From Albugo candida (lineage: Eukaryota): a stretch of DNA of 64,000 nt. Below are positions 23,586 through 33,734 of this stretch, in pieces (positions within the stretch are counted from its first letter, which is position 1; each line of letters opens with the position of its first letter). The notes below the pieces were generated by a model. That model had not been told where the DNA came from, ran no database searches, and saw only the letters and a list, made by a program, of their open reading frames with translations. The stretch is from NCBI GenBank assembly GCA_040437565.1, contig JBDOQK010000039.1, positions 248,001 through 312,000 of the forward strand, given 5' to 3'. Position numbers and translations under genes: made by a program.

Positions 23586-26081
23586 ATGCGAAAGCAGTCT
23601 AGCAATGACTTGCACTATAGTTTTCGCAAAGTATCATCGCAATTGCTATGTTTGTGTATTTATATCCGCTTTGGGAGCATATGCATCGCGATTCCCAGTG
23701 ATATCACAAGTCGATTCATCGCCGCGGAAGAGATTGTGTCCACTTTGAACATTCCCTCCATCGATATTGATGAGGTTTTGACACCAAAGGAGGTCTTACA
23801 ATTAGTTATGGATAGTGAGGTTACTTGGGAAAGCCTCTCAGTCACCGCAAAACTAGCAGTATTGTGGCAGTTTGGCTTTGTTTTCATTGGCACCAGTAGC
23901 GCCACACCCGATTACAGCCAACTAGTTCAAATATATACACTATGTCAATCATCCTCACGACAATTGCGTGCAGGTTCCGATGCATCACGTGAAGGAATTC
24001 CAATGGATCAAATCGCTCTTTCTACCAATGAATTTTCCGACTCGCAGTGCTCAGTAGAAAGATGTGCTTCCGCTTCTAATGTGGAGTATACAACCAACAA
24101 TAAATGCTCTCCAAAGTTTACAAAGCAAATTAAATGCGCAGTACACTCCATTGTGCACAAGGCAGGATCCGAGAGCACTGCTTCAGGTGTGGATTCGCTG
24201 AATTCGGTCATTCCAACGTTACCTAGCGCCTCATTATGGATGCAAACTGAAGCTGTAAGTACTACAAACGTGCCATACCCTCAAGTATACGCTCACAGAG
24301 CCTTGTTGAAAAACAAACGAACGAGTCGTAGACAAGTAACTCAAGCAAGGGATCTCTACTCTATTCACATGCAACCGATCCCCGACCTGAACTTGAAGCC
24401 CGATCAGCAATGTGATTCGCACTTCCAGGATGTCGTCATTCCATGTCTTGATCCGGAAAGTGATGTATACAAACCGGACTTTTGCCCACCTCAGGTTGAC
24501 ACTATCGGGCTATCAAAGTGGCTCAAAGAGATTGTGGCGGCCGATAGATTGGAAAAAGAGGAATTTGTCAGCACAGAGCATGTCGAAAGTACGGACCAAC
24601 GTATCTCAACGTTTAGTATTGTTTTGCTGGCAACATTAGTGCTACTTATCGCCGGGGCTGTCGCATCATATTACTTTCTATGGTATCGTCCAGATAAATT
24701 ACAGAAACGTGTCCCTGATAAAAATTCTGATAAGATTGTGGCTTCAACCACAGCACGCAAGCAGGATAGTGTGAAGAATTTTGGAAGCTCGGGTCTGTAT
24801 CACATGACGCCACACTCCTTTCCAATCCTGGGCGAGAATTCTATGGATTCAACGCATGATCCGATTTTGCAGTCTGATGTGTACGATTTCAAAAAGCTGG
24901 AAAGCTGTAACAGTTCAGTTCTTATGTGCGATAACAGAAGCGCCAGATCGTCATATGCGTTCATCGCAAGTGCTCCGGACTCTTTATGTATGGAGAAAGG
25001 TGGCGTGTATGATGCTTACAAGAACGCGGCACGACTTCATAATAAAACAGGTCCTACGAACGTAGTGTTCACCTCTTGTCCATCGAATCAAGGTACAGAG
25101 AATTCAAGAAGCTCTATCATGTCGAATGCAGGCGGAAAACGACTTACAGAGTACATTGAAGAATCAGATGCAATCTTACAATTCACCAGCGACCCAGTTG
25201 TACTTTCACGACAGATTGCGTATGACGAATTCACTTTTTTGCGAATTCTATCAAAAGGGGCATTTGGAGAAGTCTGGCTTGGTCAATTGGAAGATCGACA
25301 TGTAGCCATCAAGCGACTATTACCGGAACGATCTCACATCTGTTCCAATTTGGAAGACTTTGCAGCTGAAATTCGTCTCATGTGCAATTTAAATCATCCC
25401 AACATCGTGCCTATGATAGGAATTAGTTGGGACAATCGTTTTTCCAATTTATGCGTTCTCACAGAGTTTATGGATCATGGAGATTTGGATGTGGTGAATG
25501 AAAAGTATGGTGATGAGCTCAAGTGGGAGAAAGAAAAGCTACAAATCGCTTTGGACATTGCCGAAGGAATGCTTTACCTTCACTCCCAGCAGCCGGTCAT
25601 CATTCATCGAGATATGAAGTCAAAAAATGTCTTGGTCAACAAAACATGGCAGGCTAAAATCAGCGATTTCGGAATCAGCCGCAAAACGAACATGAACGAA
25701 ACAATGACATCAGGAGTGGGAACACTATTATGGACCGCGCCAGAGATCATAGAGGGGAAGAAATACTCCGAGAAAGCAGATATTTATTCACTTGGAATCG
25801 TATTTGGAGAACTCGATACCGGCGCGAGACCTTTTGCGCATATGAAAAATGACCGTGGAGACGCAATGCCTGCAATGCAACTCGTTCAGCAAGTTCGATT
25901 GGGGAAAGCAAAAATGCAACTGCGTTCTGACTGTCCGCAGAGTGTTCGCAAACTCATTGAAAGATGTACGTCATTAGATCCCGACGTACGCCCAACTTCA
26001 ATGGAAGTAGCATTGACACTCCGAAGTACGATCACATCTGAGATTTCGTTGTTGAACGTAGTCAATGTGCCTGTAAAGTAA
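23586..26081 (+). CDS. Receptor-like TKL protein kinase (Cys-rich ectodomain, single TM, cytoplasmic kinase)
   Basis: TM IVLLATLVLLIAGAVASYYFLW; kinase motifs LSKGAFGEVW, VAIK, IIHRDMKSKN, DFG, GTLLWTAPE, DIYSLG. Confidence 0.9.
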   Translation: MRKQSSNDLHYSFRKVSSQLLCLCIYIRFGSICIAIPSDITSRFIAAEEIVSTLNIPSIDIDEVLTPKEVLQLVMDSEVTWESLSVTAKLAVLWQFGFVFIGTSSATPDYSQLVQIYTLCQSSSRQLRAGSDASREGIPMDQIALSTNEFSDSQCSVERCASASNVEYTTNNKCSPKFTKQIKCAVHSIVHKAGSESTASGVDSLNSVIPTLPSASLWMQTEAVSTTNVPYPQVYAHRALLKNKRTSRRQVTQARDLYSIHMQPIPDLNLKPDQQCDSHFQDVVIPCLDPESDVYKPDFCPPQVDTIGLSKWLKEIVAADRLEKEEFVSTEHVESTDQRISTFSIVLLATLVLLIAGAVASYYFLWYRPDKLQKRVPDKNSDKIVASTTARKQDSVKNFGSSGLYHMTPHSFPILGENSMDSTHDPILQSDVYDFKKLESCNSSVLMCDNRSARSSYAFIASAPDSLCMEKGGVYDAYKNAARLHNKTGPTNVVFTSCPSNQGTENSRSSIMSNAGGKRLTEYIEESDAILQFTSDPVVLSRQIAYDEFTFLRILSKGAFGEVWLGQLEDRHVAIKRLLPERSHICSNLEDFAAEIRLMCNLNHPNIVPMIGISWDNRFSNLCVLTEFMDHGDLDVVNEKYGDELKWEKEKLQIALDIAEGMLYLHSQQPVIIHRDMKSKNVLVNKTWQAKISDFGISRKTNMNETMTSGVGTLLWTAPEIIEGKKYSEKADIYSLGIVFGELDTGARPFAHMKNDRGDAMPAMQLVQQVRLGKAKMQLRSDCPQSVRKLIERCTSLDPDVRPTSMEVALTLRSTITSEISLLNVVNVPVK

Positions 26082-26160
26082 ATTTTGGCTGTACCGGTTG
26101 ACCCAACATCCCTTGATGCAGCTCAAGTGAGTGATAATAAAGTATTGATATTTATTCCGT

Positions 26161-27423
26161 TTATTTACCGTCTTGCACAATGCTGGCGCCCTGCTCAGCT
26201 CCAGTCAAGAAGCAAGTTGGCTGAGGCTGCGATGTCTCTTGTGCTACGATTGCTAGTCGCTCCATGACGTTCGGGACATGGTCAAGTTGCAATAGGACGA
26301 TAATGCACCCACCAAAGCCAGCACCAGTCATCCTAGCTCCATACACACCAGGTGAAGCTTGGGCTGCTTCTACCAACGCATCTATTCCCATCGTGCTAAC
26401 TTGAAAATCATCACGTAATGAGACGTGACTGGAGTACATAAGTGACCCAAGCTCATTCCAAGCATTTTGTTTGATCAAGTCTAACGCTAGCAAAGTTCTT
26501 GCATTTTCAGCAACAACGTGTCGTGCCCTTCGAAAAACGACAAGCGACATGTGAGGTCGCGCTACTTTGAGCTCATCCAAAGTGATATCACGCAAATGTG
26601 AGATTTTCTTGCATGCATAGCTTCTTTGTAAAATTTCGGTCGCAGTACGACATTGAGCGACGCGTTCCGAATATTCACTTGTGCCAAGTTTATGAGAAAT
26701 ATTCGAATTGACAACCATAACAACCGGATTTTGACATTCAGAAAGCGGATACAAAGGGACTAAGGAGAATTCTTGACTTCGACAATCGATCAGGAGGCCA
26801 TGATGGCGAACACCGCAGGAAGAAATGAGCTGGTCCATGATACCGCATGGAACTCGACAGTAATCACGCTCCGCGCGCTGACAAAGTAATGCGCGCTGCG
26901 TTGTACTCAGTTGGGGAAATGAACAACTTTTCTTATAAACCGCTTCCAAAAAATATGCGAATGCAATCTCTAAAGCAGCTGAACTGCTCAACCCACATCC
27001 TATGGGTATGTCACTCACAATAGCGATCTTCACATTCCAGTCATTTGCACGCAGATTGTCAGATAGGAGCGTCAAATACGCGGCTAAAACTCCTTTGATA
27101 TAACATGACCAGTGCCCCGCTAGTTTGCCTGGGTCTTCATCGAAAACTGAGCTTATCGGAAAAGAGACCATCTCATCAGGATTTTGGCTGGAAACTACGC
27201 ATGTCTTCATCTCATTCGGACCGGAGGCTGTACCAGCGATTACAGTCTTCTTACCGATCGCAAAGGGAAGCACAAACCCATCATTGTAATCCGTATGCTC
27301 ACCGATCAAATTGATGCGTCCTGGAGCTGAGGAAATGGTCAGATTTTTGGATTCTGCAGAATTGAATGAGCTTTGATACAAAGCGATTGCTTCCTTGACC
27401 AAGCCAGAATTTTGATTCTCCAT
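26161..27423 (-). CDS. GALK1: Galactokinase
   Basis: APGRINLIGEHTDYNDG, PIGCGLSSSAA (GHMP motif), CGIMDQ, GARMTGAGFGGC. Confidence 0.95.
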   Translation of the reverse strand: MENQNSGLVKEAIALYQSSFNSAESKNLTISSAPGRINLIGEHTDYNDGFVLPFAIGKKTVIAGTASGPNEMKTCVVSSQNPDEMVSFPISSVFDEDPGKLAGHWSCYIKGVLAAYLTLLSDNLRANDWNVKIAIVSDIPIGCGLSSSAALEIAFAYFLEAVYKKSCSFPQLSTTQRALLCQRAERDYCRVPCGIMDQLISSCGVRHHGLLIDCRSQEFSLVPLYPLSECQNPVVMVVNSNISHKLGTSEYSERVAQCRTATEILQRSYACKKISHLRDITLDELKVARPHMSLVVFRRARHVVAENARTLLALDLIKQNAWNELGSLMYSSHVSLRDDFQVSTMGIDALVEAAQASPGVYGARMTGAGFGGCIIVLLQLDHVPNVMERLAIVAQETSQPQPTCFLTGAEQGASIVQDGK

Positions 27424-27943
27424 TGAGAAATCAGACTTACTTGAGCTTTTTTGTCTCTGAATTCCTTCAAGTAGTGAGTGTGATGAACGCTATTGCGAAG
27501 CGTGATCAACTGTATGATTTACAATCTTTTTGTCGCACACTTCGATGGAATCGCACGAGTTTGTAGCATCGATTTTCCTTATCCTTTTCCAATTCTTAAA
27601 AGCTAATCTTAGAATTTACAATGTATCTTGCAGTCGGTTGCGAGAGAGCGACTTGACAAATGCACGATAAAGGGTCCATATATCGCATGATCCATCCATG
27701 ATAAAGGCATATGCCAGGCGCTCAATGAGCTTAACGTGACCTGAGAATTTTAAATCAATCTGAAACTCCCTTGGACCTACGAAGAAATGCGAAGATTGCG
27801 GATGAAAGCATTTGCTATCAAATTCTGTTTTTTTTTTCGATACTTTGAGTTACAAGATGGCATACTGAAAGCGTGGTAGCGAGTTATAGAGAACATGTGG
27901 AAGCAATCGAGAAAGCCGATTCGATCTCTCTATATAAGCGATA

Positions 27944-30124
27944 TTACCAGAGCCATGATGATAACGATACTACAATTTCATCTTCTTCCTCTAAAAATGA
28001 TTGCTTATGTTTCCTATGATTCTTCACGGTGAGAAGAGACTTCAACTCGTGGTCTTTTATAAGCTGTACCAGTCGATTAACATCTTCCGCTAATACCATC
28101 AGAACCGGAATGCTCACATTCTGACCAATTTTGCTTCGATCGTCCCATATCAAGTAGAATTGAGTTCGGTATTTTTTGTATGGTACACGTGCGGTGTTTA
28201 TGATAACGACACCTGCAGCTCCCGCTTGCTCCAAGTTCAGCGCTTTTCGTGCAAAAGTACAATTGCCACGATACACCATCACCATTTTACCGGAAATTCG
28301 TTCGCTAAGTAAAGAAGAGGGTGAAATTGTATCACAGCCATTACCCACCGGTTCCAAGTCGAAAAAAGCTTCCAAGGTTAATTTTGTATTGATGATTTGC
28401 TGACCAAATTTCGCTGGTGATGCCAATATGGTACCCACATGAGTGTTTTTGTACCGCACAGAGAGGCCTAAAGGCATATATCCGGAAGATGAATACTTTC
28501 TGGAAGATAACGATTCCACTTGATTATTCTCGAACCCAGTCGAGCTTTCACATTGATGCAAGATGGCCATCTGATGAGAAGAATTTCGTCGATACAGCTC
28601 TGGTGCTGTGAGAAGTATGTGGCCCTCCGTGCTAAAAATAATCTCTGACGATTTGACTGGACGCGTCCAGTACCCTTCGCCATCAAAACAATTTGTTGTT
28701 CCAAATGCTGAAACGTTGGACACTGTGTGCGTCTTGCCAATGTATGTGGAGGGGACGATCACACTTGGATCATCGCTGAAAAGAAGATATAAGTATTTTA
28801 TCGTTTCTGATAAAAAATAGCTATCCATCCGATCTTCGACCTCCAGTGTATAAATATCTTTGACAGCGGCATATCCACAGGGAACTCTCGACACAGCTTC
28901 AATATCATGCAGCAATTTCCGTCCAACCTTCAAGTATTTGTGATTGCGTGTTGCTTGATATAGATGATATGTACTTTCAATCAGTTCTGGTCGAAGAGGT
29001 GAGGCTCTCGCCCATTCAACCACAGCACCTCCTCCACGCAGATCGAACAATTCCGGCATTGCACCAAACTTGACCCACAAATCAAAGAGTTTATCATGAC
29101 TTTTGACTGCATTTATCACATCACCTGCCAGAACTTGCAAACCAGGCCAGAATGCTTGCAATGCGGATACCCGTGGATATCGTATTCTACGATTCCCATA
29201 ATGCATGTCAACTTCTACGTGCAAATCATTAAATTTTGTATGAGCTTCCACAGCAGTATAGCTGCTGTTAAATATGTCCAGCCATGAAGCCTCTCCGGTA
29301 AGTATATGGTATTTGAGCAAATATTCGTAAAACGAATCGGTTCCTGCTCCGATTCCTACATGTGACGATGTCCATGTACCCGATAGCACATCGATCGAGC
29401 TGCCCAATAAATTCAGTTGTGATCGTCGTTCCCAGACTGCCAAAACAGCTACTCTTGCTTTCTTCTCAAAAATCGGATTCTTTGAAAGACGGGAAAGATA
29501 AGAGAATTCGACAAGAACAGACCCAGCAGCAGGGCATGTTACAAAAGGCCCATGCTTGCTTATTCCATGCATCAGATTGATTCGATCCATTGGAATTCCA
29601 GTGGGGGTGTCAAAAGCTGGCAATAGTCGAGTGGCCAAATCGACTGCTAATTCGAGCAGTTCATTTGTGTATTCCGGTGGTGGCATCAAGCCCACATAAT
29701 CACTGGATGCCAAAACGTGTGCAGATAGCAGCCCTCCAATGACTCTAATTGCTGATTCAAAAACCGATACCGTCACATTCCGATCAAAAGTAACATGCTG
29801 AATCACAAGCTTCACAGCTCGCCTGAACTCTTTATGATCACCCAATATAGCCAGCATGTCCAATGAATCGATCAAAGTGAGAGAGAATCCACCGAGTGTC
29901 TGGTCCAAATCGCCTCTTTCCCTTCTATCCCATCGTCTTCCTTCACACGTGAGTGGTTTCAATTCATCCCATGGAAAAGCGTGCTCCATATAATTATTGT
30001 AGCCATGGTAAAACATTTCTCGAGCTTGATTTTTCAGATGAATGCGTTCTGAGGAGTGGAATTCTCGAGCGTACAGTTGAGGCGATACATACATTAGCAG
30101 CCATACAAAACCATCCAATCTCAT
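27944..30124 (-). CDS. GH47 alpha-1,2-mannosidase-like protein with C-terminal PA domain (EDEM3-like)
   Basis: Signal peptide; AFPWDELKP, LIDSLD, VFESAIRVIGGLLSAH, DSFYEYLLK, PLRPELIES, MDSYFLSETIKYLYLLF, FSTEGH; PA domain MVYRGNCTFARKALNLEQAGAAGVVIIN. Confidence 0.92.
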   Translation of the reverse strand: MRLDGFVWLLMYVSPQLYAREFHSSERIHLKNQAREMFYHGYNNYMEHAFPWDELKPLTCEGRRWDRRERGDLDQTLGGFSLTLIDSLDMLAILGDHKEFRRAVKLVIQHVTFDRNVTVSVFESAIRVIGGLLSAHVLASSDYVGLMPPPEYTNELLELAVDLATRLLPAFDTPTGIPMDRINLMHGISKHGPFVTCPAAGSVLVEFSYLSRLSKNPIFEKKARVAVLAVWERRSQLNLLGSSIDVLSGTWTSSHVGIGAGTDSFYEYLLKYHILTGEASWLDIFNSSYTAVEAHTKFNDLHVEVDMHYGNRRIRYPRVSALQAFWPGLQVLAGDVINAVKSHDKLFDLWVKFGAMPELFDLRGGGAVVEWARASPLRPELIESTYHLYQATRNHKYLKVGRKLLHDIEAVSRVPCGYAAVKDIYTLEVEDRMDSYFLSETIKYLYLLFSDDPSVIVPSTYIGKTHTVSNVSAFGTTNCFDGEGYWTRPVKSSEIIFSTEGHILLTAPELYRRNSSHQMAILHQCESSTGFENNQVESLSSRKYSSSGYMPLGLSVRYKNTHVGTILASPAKFGQQIINTKLTLEAFFDLEPVGNGCDTISPSSLLSERISGKMVMVYRGNCTFARKALNLEQAGAAGVVIINTARVPYKKYRTQFYLIWDDRSKIGQNVSIPVLMVLAEDVNRLVQLIKDHELKSLLTVKNHRKHKQSFLEEEDEIVVSLSSWLW

Positions 30125-30760
30125 TTTTATTCGGAAGATTTGAATCCCAACGGGATTGTGTTTTTGACAATGGATGAAAAGCTGAGCTTTTGCGGCTTTG
30201 GGAACGTAAAGTCAGAGCAATTGATGTCGATTGATTTCTACCAATCACAGAGTGAAACGTAAAAAGCTATTTTGATATATGTATTTATGATGTGCTACCA
30301 TCTCATGCTACCGTATTCTACATTCCATATTTTCTTGTGGTTGAACCATTGACCTACGTGTAAAAGAATAGGGTAATTGTGATGCAGTTGTTTTTAGTAA
30401 GAAGATTGCGCTCAGATGGTCGTCGAACGTGAAAACGCAAACATTAGTCGGTGTTCAGGCTAGGGTCCTAAGGTTAAATGGAAAAAGGTCTGCAAACGCA
30501 GTGAGCAAACATGATACTGATTAGTATAGAACGCACGTATTCAGTATACGTATCAATTAGGATTTTTTCAGACTCACAATGACAAAAATTCAAGATTATG
30601 AACGAGAACGTGCGTCTAATGGTTTGCTTATCTGTGAAATGCAAAGAGTTCCATACATACACCAACACAGCTCGAGTGTTTATTCAGGCAACATAAGCTA
30701 TTAATACACATCCCGTTCGTCTGAGTGAACTCTTATGCTACGCTCTTTCGATTCGGTCAA

Positions 30761-32806
30761 ATGAGATCTTGTCGTGTCAATAATCAAGTACTCGCGCCGT
30801 CGTCACTGTTGGAGACGCACATTTTAGATAAATTAGACGAGACAGTGTCAAGGTCACAGAATTGTGTTTCGTGGTCGCAACTGCCACCACAACAGAAAGA
30901 GCCAGATGACAGCTCTTATTATTCATCGTCGATGTATACAAATCTCAATCAGGAGAACGACCGAGTCACATGTGCCTATCCCACGGACCAGCGGACTCCA
31001 CCAGTTGAGAAATACGTCAAGAAGATCCGGAAGCAGGCTCTAGAATTGTATCATCTTTACACTATACATGAAAACCAGCAAAAAAAAGCTCAAAAGCTTG
31101 AACGAAAGTTGTTGAAGCAGAAAAAAGTAGCGCAAGGTTTGGAAGAAAGATGCAAGGAATTGAGACAAATGCTCGAAACGATGTCAAAGGTGCACCGAGG
31201 GGAGAATACCGTCAGCAAATTGCAGAAATTGTCGTTTGATCTCGAGCACGAAAAGAAGAAATGGTCACAAGCGCGTGTCAAGGCGCAAGGTGTCCTTATG
31301 GAATTAGAGAAATACCATCAGCGCGTTTGCGAGAAGAATTCTGGGCCAAAGGATACAGAGGATGAACGAGCACAGTACATTCAGTTGCTAGAACGCGTTG
31401 TGCATTTAAAGGCAGATGAACTTGAGTGTTCAGGACACGAAGAGCTGCTACTATTACTTTCGTCATTGCGGCAGACGGGCTACAAGCAAGAAATGGCTCT
31501 TGACGAAGCTCAACGTGAAATTAGCGCTTTGAAGCAACAGAAAAGAGAAGTGGAACAGTTGAATCGCCAGATTGATTACCTCCAGTCCGAGCTTAATCAA
31601 AAAGAAAATACGCTTGTACAGACCGCGAATGAGCGACAAAGGTGGAGACTCGACTGCGAGTCACAGAACGCTCGCTTGCAAGAACTCGAGGCTTTCAATA
31701 GATCACTCAGTATCACCGTTGAAGAGCAACGTGTTCGGGAAAAGAAGCTAATACGACGGTACCAACACACACGCAAACAATCAAAAGTCTCTTGCTTTCA
31801 AATCCAAGAGTTCGAGCAAGAACGAAATACAACTCGTGAACAATACGAAGAAAAACAACAGCTATTCGAGATGAATAGTATGCGTAGTATAGAAGGAGAA
31901 CAGCGGTTGATGCAAGAGCACCGACTCATACAAGGAAGGCTCGACGATTACGTAAACGCCGTTCAGAGTCTCGAGTCAATTTGTCATCAACAGCTGATCC
32001 GATACATTTGTCAGAATGGCGGCGATATCTCGCCGGGGCTCGTAATGCCATTTTTAAAATCATTAGAGTCGATATTTGACGTGCATGCGTCAACGGACTC
32101 TGATTCATTGGCTTCTTTTAACGATCGAATTCTAGCTTTTGTCAAAAACACGATCAATTTTTGCGAAGAAGTATATCGGGTTGAAGCTTCGTATTCACGT
32201 GAATCTGATTCTTTGCGCGCTGCGATTGCACACTTGCAGCAAACTGTTACACTATACGAGCTCGAGCTTGCTCATCGTGACGAGGATCCGGCAATTTCGA
32301 ATTTGCCTCTGAACGCGTTTAAAACAGAAGAGGAGTGTAAACGAGGTCACAACATACGACACAGTTACCAGCTCAAGCAATTTGAGATACAGCTCGTGGC
32401 TTCTCAACGACTATTCGTGGAATTGTCCAATTACTATTCCGAATGCTTGCCCGCTCAACATGAATTGAGAAAGCAGTACGCTTTACTGAACCGTGAGAAT
32501 CCATCAGAAATGATTCAATTCTTTCCACAATTAGTGAAAGCTTATATTGCCAGCTGTCACTGCGAGTGTTCACGTCCCAACTTTTGCGAAAGGAATGTGA
32601 AAGCCAGTTCAGACTGTAGCTCCGAGGTGCCACCTTGCATCCAGGGTAACGCTACACCATCTATACCATATGAGGCGTATACACAAGACTCGATCCAACC
32701 AATCGGATTCCAAGATTTTAGGGAAGCAGAGAGTGACCTCGACCCCCTACAAGATCAAATAAATTTGGTACAACAAATATTTCAAGCGTATAAAACTCAA
32801 CGATGA
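30761..32806 (+). CDS. Uncharacterised long coiled-coil protein
   Basis: Intact ORF of about 680 aa, E/Q/K/L-rich heptad pattern, no recognisable catalytic motif. Confidence 0.7.
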   Translation: MRSCRVNNQVLAPSSLLETHILDKLDETVSRSQNCVSWSQLPPQQKEPDDSSYYSSSMYTNLNQENDRVTCAYPTDQRTPPVEKYVKKIRKQALELYHLYTIHENQQKKAQKLERKLLKQKKVAQGLEERCKELRQMLETMSKVHRGENTVSKLQKLSFDLEHEKKKWSQARVKAQGVLMELEKYHQRVCEKNSGPKDTEDERAQYIQLLERVVHLKADELECSGHEELLLLLSSLRQTGYKQEMALDEAQREISALKQQKREVEQLNRQIDYLQSELNQKENTLVQTANERQRWRLDCESQNARLQELEAFNRSLSITVEEQRVREKKLIRRYQHTRKQSKVSCFQIQEFEQERNTTREQYEEKQQLFEMNSMRSIEGEQRLMQEHRLIQGRLDDYVNAVQSLESICHQQLIRYICQNGGDISPGLVMPFLKSLESIFDVHASTDSDSLASFNDRILAFVKNTINFCEEVYRVEASYSRESDSLRAAIAHLQQTVTLYELELAHRDEDPAISNLPLNAFKTEEECKRGHNIRHSYQLKQFEIQLVASQRLFVELSNYYSECLPAQHELRKQYALLNRENPSEMIQFFPQLVKAYIASCHCECSRPNFCERNVKASSDCSSEVPPCIQGNATPSIPYEAYTQDSIQPIGFQDFREAESDLDPLQDQINLVQQIFQAYKTQR

Positions 32807-32942
32807 TTGGGAGGGTTTGACACAAATAATTTTCACCTGAGCCAATCTTATACCGTCATTTAAGAGTGTGACACGCTCGTAATAAAGAAGAGAAAGAAAA
32901 GTTGGATAGCAAACTTCCTTTTATCATATCAAATTCAGCAGC

Positions 32943-33734
32943 ATGTCACGTCATTGCATACCCTTGTTATCGTCGCGAATAGCGCTGTCGTGTGTTTTGT
33001 TACAATACGGATGCGCTCACATACTTCGCGTTCTTCAAGACACTTCAGCAGACGAAGATTCAAAGGCTTCCCTATTTGACAGCGCTGGTGGAATGGTTGT
33101 GGGAAAGAATATTCTTGCGATCGCGGCTATCGTATGTGGCGCGCTAATTGGATTCGCAGGACAGCGATTATTCAGACCTACCATGTTCATCTGTGCTTTT
33201 GGAATTGGCGGGCTTGTGTTATCCGGAATTGTTGTGGCGATTTTTGGACACCGTACTTGGATCGGAACGGCATCCTGGGTGTCGTTCCTTATTGGTGGTG
33301 TGATCTTAGCCGGACTTGTATTGACAATTTATAACGTCGGTATCTTCATGGTTGGCGCAGCGTTTGGAGTCATGCTTGCGGCGACAGTGAACAACTCTGT
33401 CGGATACTTGATTTATCCTGCTAAACCGACATCGTTATTTGTTATCTTGGCGTGTATATTCGCACTAATTGGTGGATTATTGGCATTTAAAGCTGAAAGA
33501 ATGGCATTGATCGTTGCTACTAGTGCGATCGGAGCCCATGCGATGATATGGGGACTAGGATATTATATAGGCCATTACCCGAATCCAATGGATCTTACTG
33601 CGCGTGCTGTGAAGAGGGTCGATGGTTCCTTGAACTATTCTATTCCATCACAATGGTGGGGCTATCTGGTCGGAATCATTCTATTGTTCATTTTATGCAT
33701 GCTGGTGCAGTGCAAAAAAACCGCTAAAATCTAA
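32943..33734 (+). CDS. TM7SF3/TMEM198-like (DUF4203) multi-pass membrane protein, paralogue 1
   Basis: Signal peptide and about 7 Gly-rich TM helices; GQRLFRPTMF, GIFMVGAAFG, IVATSAIGA. Confidence 0.85.
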   Translation: MSRHCIPLLSSRIALSCVLLQYGCAHILRVLQDTSADEDSKASLFDSAGGMVVGKNILAIAAIVCGALIGFAGQRLFRPTMFICAFGIGGLVLSGIVVAIFGHRTWIGTASWVSFLIGGVILAGLVLTIYNVGIFMVGAAFGVMLAATVNNSVGYLIYPAKPTSLFVILACIFALIGGLLAFKAERMALIVATSAIGAHAMIWGLGYYIGHYPNPMDLTARAVKRVDGSLNYSIPSQWWGYLVGIILLFILCMLVQCKKTAKI

